DNA of 64,000 nt from Oceanispirochaeta sp. (lineage in GTDB: Bacteria > Spirochaetota > Spirochaetia > DSM-2461), in contig CAXXOA010000002.1 in the NCBI GenBank assembly GCA_963666275.2, forward strand, positions 1,440,001 to 1,504,000, in the 5' to 3' direction. Shown here in pieces: positions 29,093 through 38,865 of this stretch. The notes under the pieces are model-generated. The model did not search any database and was not told where the DNA came from. It was given only the letters and a program-made list of their open reading frames with translations. Position 1 is the stretch's first letter. The number at the start of each line of letters is the position of its first letter. A program made the translations under genes and the position numbers.

Positions 29093-29521
29093 TTATACGG
29101 GTTTCATATCCGGATCTGTAGCGGGATTATGGGTTTTCATATATTCATGTTCTTCCGACACATGTTCCAGGTATTTTCCCAGAGTCCATTTCATGGCGGT
29201 TTCTGTGACCATGGCAAAAATGATATCCTGAGGATTCTCCGATATGGATTTCATGGTTCTCATGATCGTGACGGCCCGCTCTTTCGAGTAAACCGCCATA
29301 AAGATTACCCTGTGTCCCTGTGTTATGGCTTTCCCTTCAATAGATTCCCCCTTGAAGAGCCCTTCCAAGACCTCTTCCACAACCATTTCGAGCATACTTT
29401 CTGTCATGGGGGCAAAGGTTGTTTTTACCTCTTCGGAAGTACTGATCTCCGACAGGGCTTCAAGTCCTCTGGCTGCCTGTTCTTTTGTAAAACCTTTGAG
29501 AAGACACATTTCCTGAATCAT
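29093..29521 (-). CDS. DUF3783-like protein
   Basis: C-terminal IIFAMVTETAMKWTLGKYLEHVSEEHEYM resembles DUF3783; AAAGGA RBS. Confidence 0.7.
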   Translation of the reverse strand: MIQEMCLLKGFTKEQAARGLEALSEISTSEEVKTTFAPMTESMLEMVVEEVLEGLFKGESIEGKAITQGHRVIFMAVYSKERAVTIMRTMKSISENPQDIIFAMVTETAMKWTLGKYLEHVSEEHEYMKTHNPATDPDMKPV

Positions 29522-29627
29522 AAAAATATCCTTTCCAGACTGTAAAAATCTGAGCTTTTCCTATGTATTTAAATTAAAAATAGTAGCAATCCCGGGATTT
29601 TACCATAAAAAATGCTATTTTTCTCAT

Positions 29628-29656
29628 TTGACCCCATCAGGAAGCATCAGTATTTT
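29628..29656 (+). promoter_or_regulatory. Possible sigma70 promoter of clpB
   Basis: TTGACC-17 nt-TATTTT. Confidence 0.4.
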
Positions 29657-29729
29657 TAAGACATAAGATGAACAGGAGGATCCCTCTTATGTCGGGTCCT
29701 TCTGTCAGGAAAGCTGAACAGGAGATATT

Positions 29730-32330
29730 ATGGCTCAGATAAATTACACGATTAAAGCCCAGGAAGCCATCGCGGATGCTTCCAGACAGGCCCAGAAATA
29801 TAATCATACCCTCATAGACGAAGAACATCTGCTCCTTTCTCTGATGGAACAGAAAGAGGGTGTGATTCCCCCCCTGATGGATCGTCTGGGGATTCAGAAA
29901 AATCTGCTCAGTGATGAGATTATTGCCAGGCTCAGCCAGAAGCCCCGGGCCTACGGGGATAATATTGAAGTGAATGCTTCTCCCTCTCTGAGGAATCTTT
30001 TCCGTCAGGCTGAATCGGAAGCTTCCAATCTCAAAGATGATTATGTTTCCACCGAGCACCTGCTCATTGCCATGGCAGCCGGATCCGGCGGTGGCGGGAC
30101 TCTGCTTAAAAAACACGGCATCACAAAAGACGGAATCCTCCAGGCCCTGGTTACCATCCGGGGGTCCCAGAGAGTCACCAGTGAAAATCCCGAAAACCAG
30201 TATCAGGTTCTGGAACGCTACTGCCGGGATCTGACCGCTCTGGCCAGGAAGGAAAAACTTGACCCCGTGATCGGCCGGGACGAAGAGATCCGCCGGGTGA
30301 TGCAGGTCCTTTCCAGAAGGACAAAAAACAACCCTGTCCTGATCGGTGAGCCTGGTGTGGGAAAAACAGCCATTGCCGAAGGACTGGCCAGACGGATCGT
30401 GGAGGGGGATGTTCCCGATTCTCTGAAGGATAAAAAACTCCTGGCCCTTGATCTGGGAGCCCTGGTGGCGGGAGCCAAATTCCGGGGAGAGTTCGAAGAG
30501 AGACTGAAAGCGGTGATTCAGGAAATCACCGAAGCAGACGGGCATATCATCCTTTTTATAGATGAATTGCATACCCTCATGGGTGCCGGAGCGGCAGAAG
30601 GCTCCACAGATGCGTCAAACCTGCTGAAACCGGCTCTTGCCAGAGGAGAACTCCGCACCATCGGGGCGACTACCCTGGATGAGTACAGAAAGCATATCGA
30701 GAAGGATCCCGCCTTTGAACGGAGATTCCAGCAGGTCTATACCTCTGAACCTTCGGTGGAGGATTCCATTACCATCCTCCGGGGGATCAAGGACAAATAC
30801 GAAGTCCATCACGGAGTCCGGATCAGGGATGATGCCCTTATCAGTGCGGCCACCCTTTCGGATCGGTACATAACTTCCCGGTTTCTGCCCGACAAAGCGA
30901 TCGATCTGGTGGACGAAGCTGCCAGCCGTCTGAAAATGGAGATTGAAAGCCAGCCTGTGGAGCTGGATCGGCTGGAAAGGAAGATCCTCCAGATGCAGAT
31001 CGAAAAACAGTCCCTTTCCCAGGAAACCGATGCGGCCTCCCGGGAACGTCTGGAGGTGCTGGGCAAAGAGCTGAGCAATCTGCAGTCCCAGAGGGATGCG
31101 CTCCACCTGCAGTGGCAGAATGAAAAGAATATCATTGATAAGATCCGGGATCTGAATCAGACCATAGAAGATCTGAGACGCCAGGAAATTCAGTACGAAA
31201 GGGACGGCAATCTGGCGGGGGCTGCGGAAATCAAACACGGCAGTATTCCCCAGACCCAGATGGAACTGGCTGCCCAGACAAAGCAGCTTCAGGATATTCA
31301 GGGAGAGAACAGCCTTCTCCGGGAAGAGGTTTCAGAAGAGGATATTGCCGGAGTCGTCTCCCTCTGGACGGGGATTCCTGTCAGCAAGATGCTCTCTTCT
31401 GAAAGGGAGAAATTCCTCAAACTGGAGGAAATCCTGACAAGACGGGTTGTGGGACAGCAGAAGGCCGTTCAGACGGTCTCAGATGCCATCAGGAGGAACA
31501 AGAGCGGCCTCAGCGATGCAGGACGTCCTCTGGGATCATTTATCTTTCTCGGGCCTACTGGTGTGGGAAAAACGGAACTGGCCAAAACCCTGGCGGATTT
31601 CCTGTTCAATGATGAAAAATCTCTGACCCGTATCGATATGAGTGAGTATATGGAGAAATTCTCTGTCTCCCGCCTTGTGGGAGCCCCTCCCGGATATGTG
31701 GGTTACGAAGAAGGGGGACAGCTGACGGAAGCGGTCAGACGGCGTCCCTATTCGGTTGTCCTTTTCGACGAGATCGAAAAAGCCCATCCCGATGTCTTCA
31801 ATATCCTCCTGCAGCTCCTGGATGACGGAAGGCTCACGGACAGTCAGGGACGGGTGGTGGATTTCCGCAATGCCATCATCATCATGACAAGCAATCTGGG
31901 AAGTGAGATCATCCTTGAAAACGGCACCGGAGAGGAAACAGACAGAAAGCTTCTGGATCTTATGAAAAGGACCTTCCGTCCCGAGTTCCTCAACAGGATC
32001 GACGATATCATCACATTCAACAGTCTGGGAGAAGACCAGATCCGGAGCATTGTCAGTCTGCTGATCGAGCATCTGGCAAAACTGCTTCAGGACAGAAAGA
32101 TGACCCTGACCCTGACAGAAAAGGCATCCGCCTGGCTGGCCCATGAGGGGTACGATCCGGCTTTCGGAGCCCGCCCTCTGAGACGGGCTGTACAGAACCT
32201 GGTTCAGAACCCCCTGTCCAAACTGCTCCTGGCCGGTGAGTTCATCGAGGGGGATCATATCCTCTGCGATCTGAATGAAGAAGGGACGGCTCTGAAGTTC
32301 ACAAAAGGCCATTTCGGCTCCGCTCAATGA
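29730..32330 (+). CDS. clpB: ATP-dependent disaggregase ClpB
   Basis: Clp N repeats, [20 protein letters not shown], coiled-coil M domain, [34 protein letters not shown]. Confidence 0.98.
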   Translation: MAQINYTIKAQEAIADASRQAQKYNHTLIDEEHLLLSLMEQKEGVIPPLMDRLGIQKNLLSDEIIARLSQKPRAYGDNIEVNASPSLRNLFRQAESEASNLKDDYVSTEHLLIAMAAGSGGGGTLLKKHGITKDGILQALVTIRGSQRVTSENPENQYQVLERYCRDLTALARKEKLDPVIGRDEEIRRVMQVLSRRTKNNPVLIGEPGVGKTAIAEGLARRIVEGDVPDSLKDKKLLALDLGALVAGAKFRGEFEERLKAVIQEITEADGHIILFIDELHTLMGAGAAEGSTDASNLLKPALARGELRTIGATTLDEYRKHIEKDPAFERRFQQVYTSEPSVEDSITILRGIKDKYEVHHGVRIRDDALISAATLSDRYITSRFLPDKAIDLVDEAASRLKMEIESQPVELDRLERKILQMQIEKQSLSQETDAASRERLEVLGKELSNLQSQRDALHLQWQNEKNIIDKIRDLNQTIEDLRRQEIQYERDGNLAGAAEIKHGSIPQTQMELAAQTKQLQDIQGENSLLREEVSEEDIAGVVSLWTGIPVSKMLSSEREKFLKLEEILTRRVVGQQKAVQTVSDAIRRNKSGLSDAGRPLGSFIFLGPTGVGKTELAKTLADFLFNDEKSLTRIDMSEYMEKFSVSRLVGAPPGYVGYEEGGQLTEAVRRRPYSVVLFDEIEKAHPDVFNILLQLLDDGRLTDSQGRVVDFRNAIIIMTSNLGSEIILENGTGEETDRKLLDLMKRTFRPEFLNRIDDIITFNSLGEDQIRSIVSLLIEHLAKLLQDRKMTLTLTEKASAWLAHEGYDPAFGARPLRRAVQNLVQNPLSKLLLAGEFIEGDHILCDLNEEGTALKFTKGHFGSAQ

Positions 32331-32796
32331 CCGTTGGTTCCAGGAGGATTAGTTTTTAAGAAGACAATTTTCGGCTCCGCTCAATGACCGTTGGTTCCAG
32401 GAGGATTGGTTTTTAAGAAGACAATTTTCGGCTCCGCTCAATGACCGTTGGTTCCAGGGGGATTGGTTTTTAAGAAGACAATTTTCGGCTCCGCTCAATG
32501 ACCGTTGGTTCCAGGAGGATTAGTTTTTAAGAAGACAATTTTCGGCTCCGCTCAATGACCGTTGGTTCCAGGGGGATTGGTTTTTAAGAAGACAATTTTC
32601 GGCTCCGCTCAATGACCGTTGGTTCCAGGAGGATTGGTTTTTAAGAAGACAATTTTCGGCTCCGCTCAATGACCGTTGGTTCCAGGAGGATTAGTTTTTA
32701 AGAAGACAATTTTCGGCTCCGCTCAATGACCGTTGGTTCCAGGGGGATTGGTTTTTAAGAAGACAATTTTCGGCTCCGCTCAATGACCGTTGGTTC
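32313..32796 (+). repeat. About 8.5 x 57-bp tandem repeat carrying a REP-like TTCGGCTCCGCTCA motif
   Basis: Unit TTCGGCTCCGCTCAATGACCGTTGGTTCCAGG(A/G)GGATT(A/G)GTTTTTAAGAAGACAATT at exact 57-bp spacing; only two variable positions. Confidence 0.97.
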
Positions 32797-32800
32797 TGAA

Positions 32801-32993
32801 CCCTCTCCCCTCGGTCCCCTCTCCCAAAGGGAGAAGGGAAGTATGAAAGTTTTTTTTATTGAGTCAAAATAGTTCTCGTAAAAATCAAAACTCCCGGTAC
32901 GTACGATCACATTACCCCCTCGCCCTTTGGGCTGGTCGGAAGCAAGCTTCCTGCTCGCCTATGCAGCCGAAGGAGAGGGGCCGGGGGAGAGGG
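32801..32993. repeat. Inverted pair of CCCTCTCCC...GGGAGAGGG-type REP-like hairpins
   Basis: CCCTCTCCCCTCGGTCCCCTCTCCCAAAGGGAGAAGGG at 32801 and an opposite-strand copy at about 32914-32993 with an internal insertion. Confidence 0.7.
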
Positions 32994-33040
32994 TTGCAAT
33001 GCCCTTCCGGTGAAATTAAACTCTTCCAATAAGTGGTAGC

Positions 33041-33164
33041 TGAACGGAGACGTAATCCTTGTATTGAGCGGAGTCGAAATGCCTGTATTGAGCGGAGTCG
33101 AAATGAATACCTGTATTTAAAAATAATGCTCAATAGAATAAGCGGTAGCTGAGCGGAGCCGAAG
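33041..33164 (-). repeat. Four reverse-orientation copies of TTCG(A/G)CTCCGCTCA, two forming a 24-bp tandem
   Basis: TGAGCGGAGTCGAA at 33065 and 33089, TGAGCGGAGCCGAA at 33150, degenerate TGAACGGAGACGTAA at 33041. Confidence 0.85.
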
Positions 33165-34700
33165 CTAGCGTCTCAGATAGGACAGGGCAGGGGGCAGAAC
33201 GATATTGTTTCCGAATTTGTCTTCGCCGTAACCGTTTTCCGCCAGGATCTCTATATCCTCCAGAACCCGTTTATCACCCCGGAATATAACTTTTGTATCG
33301 CTCACAATATCAATCTTACCCATGGCAAGATAGAGGGCAATTCCCCGTTTGGCAAATTCTCCGAGCGTTTCATTTTCCAGAGGAGTCAGATCTTCAAAGG
33401 AGAAGTTGTTGTCGTAAATCATGATTTTCTGCTTTTCCAGAAGGTCAAGGAAGACAATCCTCAGAATCTTCTTCATCAGAGGTGTATCATAGAGGGCGTT
33501 TATATCCTGGGCTATCAGCTTGTGTTTGACCAGGTGTTCCGCTACGCTCTGCCGTTTCACATGGTTGATCTCTTCGTTGGCACGAAAGAGCTCCAGAGGC
33601 ATGGCGGCGTTGTATTCATTGTTTCCCAGCGTCATTGTCACATCGCTTCCGTAATGGACAACAATCTTGGCTATCAGGGTGGAGGGCCTGACATGGAATC
33701 CCCTGTAGTTGGGTATGGGAACCTGAATCTCTCCCATTTCAGCATAGTGTTTGAGGATTTCCTTGCAGAGTTCCTGAGACACCAGGATATACTGTTCCGG
33801 GAAGGCTATAAAATACTTCATCAGATAGATCAGAAGGGATCGTTCATCGATGGGAAGAGTCAGGATCTCCTGCTCTTTCAGGTTCTGATTATGCCTTTCG
33901 TAGTAATGAATCAGTACGGTAGCGCTCTCCAGCAGATGGTACACCGCCGATATATGACCGCGGAGTATGGGCAGATTCTGATCCTGCTGGGCCACGTCGG
34001 ATCCGGAGAGGTAGGTATCATAGAGAGACTGGAGATTGTGGAACTTGTTTTCCAGTATCCTCAGTTTCTCTTCGCTTATCTCTTCGGGGATTGCCGAATC
34101 GTACTCATCTTCATTCAGTTTTTTATAAATTTTCAGCAGAAGGCTCTCTTCTGCCAGGTTCAGGAAGGATGTGGCCAGGTAGACGGCGGTTTTTCCGGGA
34201 GAGTCCGAGGTTTTTCTGATCTTGTCAGTCTGGACCCTGCCGATAAAGCTGTTCTCCCTGAAATGATAGTCTTCTATGGGAATAATCTCCGTATTCAGTC
34301 CCAGCAGTGTATTCAGCCTTGTAATTTCGGCTGAAGCATTGATCAATGCCTGGAAAATCATGGAAATTGTATCTTTTGTGGCTTCGGTGAAGTTTTCATC
34401 CACCTGTTTCAGATTGTACGAGGGAGCGGCGTTCTGAATGTGCAGGAGGGTATAACCTATCTCTGAGAAGGACTTGATGATCGCTGTAATTGTCCTCAGA
34501 GGGCTCCAGTGCTGATTATTCTGAACTCCATAGGCGTCGAGGAGTTCTTCGCATCTGGCTGCTTCCAAATTCAGTCGTCCCAACAGAGGTCTGCAGACAT
34601 CTTCCGCCTGGAAATTCCTGAGTCCGGAGGATATGGAAATCAGGTCTTGGAGATCCTCCCGGACAGAAGTTATAAAAGTTTTGTCATCTAGTGTTTGCAT
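33165..34700 (-). CDS. Large HPr-domain-containing protein
   Basis: IPNYRGFHVRPSTLIAKIV matches the HPr G-L-H-A-R-P active-site motif, after a long helical N-terminal region. Confidence 0.75.
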   Translation of the reverse strand: MQTLDDKTFITSVREDLQDLISISSGLRNFQAEDVCRPLLGRLNLEAARCEELLDAYGVQNNQHWSPLRTITAIIKSFSEIGYTLLHIQNAAPSYNLKQVDENFTEATKDTISMIFQALINASAEITRLNTLLGLNTEIIPIEDYHFRENSFIGRVQTDKIRKTSDSPGKTAVYLATSFLNLAEESLLLKIYKKLNEDEYDSAIPEEISEEKLRILENKFHNLQSLYDTYLSGSDVAQQDQNLPILRGHISAVYHLLESATVLIHYYERHNQNLKEQEILTLPIDERSLLIYLMKYFIAFPEQYILVSQELCKEILKHYAEMGEIQVPIPNYRGFHVRPSTLIAKIVVHYGSDVTMTLGNNEYNAAMPLELFRANEEINHVKRQSVAEHLVKHKLIAQDINALYDTPLMKKILRIVFLDLLEKQKIMIYDNNFSFEDLTPLENETLGEFAKRGIALYLAMGKIDIVSDTKVIFRGDKRVLEDIEILAENGYGEDKFGNNIVLPPALSYLRR

Positions 34701-34803
34701 AAATCAATCTCAGAACCTGTTATTAATAATTAAAATAAAATGGCATCTTCTGCAATGGTTTTAGCGTTCTTTCTTTGTTTATGAGGCATATTTATTAAAA
34801 TAA

Positions 34804-35925
34804 TCATATTTCTTTGCTCAGGAGCCTGATTCTTGTAAAAATATAGTCCAGCGAGTCTTTCTTCAGAAGGGCTTTTCGCACCCAGGGGGCTTCGTCAAAA
34901 GGAACACTGCTCTTCTCATAGTGAAAGATTCCGGATCGGGGATTCCGGGATTCATACCAGGCTGTCAGAGCGATCTCTCTGCCTGTAATCTCTATTCCGG
35001 TTGCCCCGAAATTGTGAATGACAGTGCCCGAATTAAAAAGGCAGGGGAGTGACAGCGGGTCGTAAATGCTTCCGTGACTCTTGTAGTCCTCGTTGTCCAG
35101 AACATTCTGGAGGATCGCCGCTGTTGATCGTATGGCCTCCTCCAGTTCTCCCGATTCCTCCTTGTCTTTGATCTCCATGTAGTCTCTTATCATGCTGTCC
35201 AGGCGGAATTTCAGATACTCCTCTTCCGAATGCCCTTCAAACAGGGCTCTATGGGTATGTCCCGTTACAACCACAACACCCAGGGATTTGGCAAATTCGA
35301 AGATTCTCTGTTCCGCTTTCAGAGGTTTGCTGCTCAGAAAATCCCTTTTGATATTATTGATATGAAGGGGATGGGCAATAAAACGCAGTATCAGTTTGTT
35401 CAGTTTGTGTCTGAAAGGGGAACTGTAGAGCGAAGCCTGGTGGCCGTGGAGAATCAGGATCGTATCGCCGTGGTATTTCAGTTTCACAGCCGGTAGGATT
35501 CCGGAATTGACTGTCTTTTCAGTTTCGGATCTGCCCTGTTTCCAGTGGTGCTGGGCCCCGTGATCATGGTTTCCTATGATCTTGTACAGTCCCGGTCCTT
35601 CCTGGAAATCCATAAAAATCCGGTAGAGATCCTCCCAGGCATGACTGATTGTCCTCAGGCTGACCCTGTGGAGTTCCTCCACATCACCATTGAGAATCAG
35701 TTTGTATCCCCTGGGCAGATACCACTCCTTCAGGGCTTTCATTATGAGGGGTGCATTCTTTTTAAACTCATCCCGTCTTCGTCTTCCTCCGATATGAAAG
35801 TCACTGAAAATTATGTATTTGTCATCCTCTTTCAGTTCAAGTTCCGGAGCCGCATTGTAGGTTCTTTTCAGGTTTTCCTGTATGATAGAGCTGGTCAGTA
35901 TCGATTGAGTCCGCATATTTCCCAT
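34804..35925 (-). CDS. Calcineurin-like metallophosphoesterase
   Basis: SDFH, NGD, GNHD, HGH, GHTH, NSG motifs. Confidence 0.88.
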   Translation of the reverse strand: MGNMRTQSILTSSIIQENLKRTYNAAPELELKEDDKYIIFSDFHIGGRRRRDEFKKNAPLIMKALKEWYLPRGYKLILNGDVEELHRVSLRTISHAWEDLYRIFMDFQEGPGLYKIIGNHDHGAQHHWKQGRSETEKTVNSGILPAVKLKYHGDTILILHGHQASLYSSPFRHKLNKLILRFIAHPLHINNIKRDFLSSKPLKAEQRIFEFAKSLGVVVVTGHTHRALFEGHSEEEYLKFRLDSMIRDYMEIKDKEESGELEEAIRSTAAILQNVLDNEDYKSHGSIYDPLSLPCLFNSGTVIHNFGATGIEITGREIALTAWYESRNPRSGIFHYEKSSVPFDEAPWVRKALLKKDSLDYIFTRIRLLSKEI

Positions 35926-35976
35926 TATAAATGATCCGGTCCGTCTCTGCCATAAACTTATAAGCAGGAGTCCCCT

Positions 35977-36798
35977 ATGAATGATATAGATCCCTTGTAT
36001 AACAGAACCTACCCCGAAGAAAACCTCCTGTGGATTATTTTCTCTCCGGGAGAACGGAATACCATTGTTCCGAAAAACAGCATTGAGCCCCTGCTCTCTG
36101 ATCCGGAGGAAAGCCTTACTGAGGGACTGCTGCGGTCATTTCTTATCGGAGAGGGGCCGGAGGGGCAGAAAATCATCTGCGGTGAACTGCCCGAAACCCA
36201 TCCCCTGCCTGATTCTCTGGAGTGGATCTCTTTCCGGGACGTCTATACCGGAATGGACCGAACCTATCAGTACTCTGTCAGTCGGGCCAAACAGCTCCTG
36301 AACTGGGACAGAACCCATCAGTTCTGCGGTGTCTGCGGAACCCGGACGGATGTGAAAGAGGAAGAGCCCTGCCGTTACTGTCCCTCCTGCGGTGAAATGT
36401 TCTATCCCCGACTGGCTCCTGCCGTGATTGTCAGGATCACCCGGGGAAATACCATTCTGCTGGCCCACAACAAAAACTTCCCCGAAGGCCGTTACTCCCA
36501 TATTGCGGGGTTTGTAGAGGCCGGGGAGACCCTGGAACAGGCTGTCAGAAGGGAGATCCGGGAGGAAGTGGGACTGGAGGTGGAGAACATCCGGCTCTTC
36601 GGTTCCCAGCCCTGGCCCATGCCCTACTCTCTGATGATTGCGTTTACGGCTGAGTGCCCCGAAGGAGAGCCCGTTCCCGACGGTGTGGAGATCGAGGATG
36701 CCCGCTGGTTTACTGTGGATACCATACCCATGCCTCCCTCCAACGGCAGCATAGCCATGGTTATGCTTCAGGACTTTATAAACGGTAACCGGCCCTGA
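35977..36798 (+). CDS. nudC: NAD(+) diphosphatase / NAD-cap decapping Nudix hydrolase
   Basis: FCGVCG...CPSC..YPRLAPAVIV, AGFVEAGETLEQAVRREIREEVG Nudix box, SQPWPMP. Confidence 0.95.
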   Translation: MNDIDPLYNRTYPEENLLWIIFSPGERNTIVPKNSIEPLLSDPEESLTEGLLRSFLIGEGPEGQKIICGELPETHPLPDSLEWISFRDVYTGMDRTYQYSVSRAKQLLNWDRTHQFCGVCGTRTDVKEEEPCRYCPSCGEMFYPRLAPAVIVRITRGNTILLAHNKNFPEGRYSHIAGFVEAGETLEQAVRREIREEVGLEVENIRLFGSQPWPMPYSLMIAFTAECPEGEPVPDGVEIEDARWFTVDTIPMPPSNGSIAMVMLQDFINGNRP

Positions 36799-37453
36799 TA
36801 AAGGGAGCTACAATATGAATGTTTTTGCTGTTCACAGTCAGGAATTTATAGCTTAAACCGCTGTAGAGGCGGACCCTTCCCAGGGGAGGATAGACTGTTC
36901 CCGTTTCCACCACAAAAAGGGGTCCGTAGGGAGAATCCTTCTCCTGCCGGGTGTCAAAGAGGTCTTTGTTTGTGACGAGCGCTGTTCCCATGCCGACCCG
37001 GAAAAAACTGTCAAACAGTCTTTTCGAAGGTTTAGAGTAGGTCAGGTAGGTGTAGTACTGGAGCAGCGCGGTTCTGTTGCCCTCCATATTCCAGGGAGAC
37101 AGATAGTTATACTCCATAGAAATCCCCGCAGTCATATACCTGAGGACTTTCTTCCGGCTCCCCAGATCCATATCCATTCCGAGATTCATATTGATATAGC
37201 TGATATTCGTCCCCATATAGGTCACCGATACAGCGCCGGAATCCTGGGTTTTAAAATCATAGCTTAAGCCGGGAAAGTAGAGGGGCAGGGGATACTGGAA
37301 GGTAAACTCAACACCTGTCTTTTTATGCTCCTCCGCCAGGGCTCTCATCCTTTCGGTATCGGTAATCTCCTCTTCCTGGGCGTAAAGTCCCGCTGATGTC
37401 AGAATAAGGAGGAGCAGGATCCATTTGAACGTATGTTTTCCGGGATGTCTCAT
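36776..37453 (-). CDS. Putative small outer-membrane beta-barrel protein
   Basis: Signal peptide (LYA/Q); amphipathic strands; C-terminus IRAGYRL; 1-bp TAATG overlap with upstream gene. Confidence 0.6.
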   Translation of the reverse strand: MRHPGKHTFKWILLLLILTSAGLYAQEEEITDTERMRALAEEHKKTGVEFTFQYPLPLYFPGLSYDFKTQDSGAVSVTYMGTNISYINMNLGMDMDLGSRKKVLRYMTAGISMEYNYLSPWNMEGNRTALLQYYTYLTYSKPSKRLFDSFFRVGMGTALVTNKDLFDTRQEKDSPYGPLFVVETGTVYPPLGRVRLYSGLSYKFLTVNSKNIHIVAPFIRAGYRL

Positions 37454-38865
37454 TAGAACCGGTAACCTCCCATCACCCAGGGATAGAGATTCCCCAGGGT
37501 GCCGCCAGTGTAGTAATTCTCTCTGTAGTCCAGGCCGAATTCCAGAAGGGCCCCGTTTTTATACTCCTTCAGAGCTCCCATGGAGAGGGTGAGTGCGGAA
37601 GAGAGCTCCCCCTGGAGGGATTCCCCGTCGCGTCTCACATTCAGGCTTGTCATGCCGAATCCGGCGGCGGGAATTATAAACCACTCTTTCAGCAGAGGGA
37701 TGGTATAGGTAAAATGGAGTCCCAGATAGGTCTGGTTGTAGTTGTAATCGGCATTTCTGTAGGGCATGCTGGTCCAGTCCATATCCAGTTCAAGTCCCAG
37801 GGGGCGCAGCCCGGGGATCCGCCAGAAGATCCTGTTTGCCAGGTCCTGACGGACTTTCAAGCCCAGTCCGATGGGTGTAACCCCGTATTCTCCGATATCC
37901 GAGCGGAGATTTATTGTAAAATCATACCCTCCCAGAATGGAGAACGAGTCCTCCCGGGGAACCTCCCGGATAACCTGGGTCAGAGGCGCTTCATCGATGA
38001 TAAAGGCCCTGTTTTCCACAGCCCTGCTTCCCGAAGGATCGGTCAGTTCCAGATCATACCGCCCGGGCCGGACATCTCCGGTAATCAGGGCAATCCTGAT
38101 TTCATCCTCCGAGAGCCACTGGACTTCATAGGGGATGATCAGCTGATCCTCCATAAAGATTCTGACGCTGATTCCCTCTCGGAACTCTTTTCCTCTGATG
38201 ATGATATCCGGATAGACCTGCTGCTGAACCAGCCTTTTTTCGCTGACCGAACGGATCTGGGGCTCCCAAACGGGAACTACCCTGAGGGTATTGATTTCGG
38301 AGATATCCGATAGGCCCGAAGAGTCTACAGCCTTGAGGGTGTAGGTGTCCGGAGCCAGATCCTTCAGGGGAAACTCAAGAACAACAGATTCCCTGTTCAG
38401 CTCTTTCAGCCTGCCGGGAGTTTCCTTTCCGCTGCTGTCGACCAGGAAAAACTCCGTATCCTCTCTCACCTGATAGACTTCGGCTTTAATGGTCAGTGAT
38501 TCCCCCTGGTTCTGATAAACCTGTTCGGGAGTGAAACGGCGGACCACAGGCTGGAAGGCTTCTCTTATGATAAGGGGTTTCCAGTCGGTCATGCTGACTG
38601 TTTTTTTAAACTTGTTCAGCACTACTATGGCAAACTCGTATTCCCCCGGGGGAAGGCTGAACGTGTATTCGGACTGGTTTATCTGCTCCCTGATGATCTC
38701 TTCCGAACCCTCCCGGATCAGCACTTCATAACCCCAGGCTCCGCTGACGGGAGCCCAGCTGAGTTTCTGTTCAATCAGGTTGTCCTTCTCTGTCTGGGCG
38801 CTCAGGGCTGTCAGTACATTGAGAAGTATGGCTGTTAAGAGAACAAATCTGAATCTATTGCACAT
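37453..38865 (-). CDS. Putative outer-membrane protein: FN3/Ig domains plus C-terminal beta-barrel
   Basis: Signal peptide; LSWAPVSGAWGYEV FN3-like; IPT-like domains; terminal strand VMGGYRF. Confidence 0.68.
   Translation of the reverse strand: MCNRFRFVLLTAILLNVLTALSAQTEKDNLIEQKLSWAPVSGAWGYEVLIREGSEEIIREQINQSEYTFSLPPGEYEFAIVVLNKFKKTVSMTDWKPLIIREAFQPVVRRFTPEQVYQNQGESLTIKAEVYQVREDTEFFLVDSSGKETPGRLKELNRESVVLEFPLKDLAPDTYTLKAVDSSGLSDISEINTLRVVPVWEPQIRSVSEKRLVQQQVYPDIIIRGKEFREGISVRIFMEDQLIIPYEVQWLSEDEIRIALITGDVRPGRYDLELTDPSGSRAVENRAFIIDEAPLTQVIREVPREDSFSILGGYDFTINLRSDIGEYGVTPIGLGLKVRQDLANRIFWRIPGLRPLGLELDMDWTSMPYRNADYNYNQTYLGLHFTYTIPLLKEWFIIPAAGFGMTSLNVRRDGESLQGELSSALTLSMGALKEYKNGALLEFGLDYRENYYTGGTLGNLYPWVMGGYRF

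Noticed and set aside
29581..29620. CIRCE element upstream of clpB
   Set aside because: TAGCA...TGCTA arms are present but the spacing and inner bases do not fit TTAGCACTC-N9-GAGTGCTAA
32313..32796. CRISPR array
   Set aside because: Units are near-identical over all 57 bp with no unique spacers, and no cas genes are in the window
32912..33133. 73-aa ORF with RLRS repeats
   Set aside because: It is a translation of the REP-like motifs (FRLRS, PLPRPLS); no RBS or family evidence
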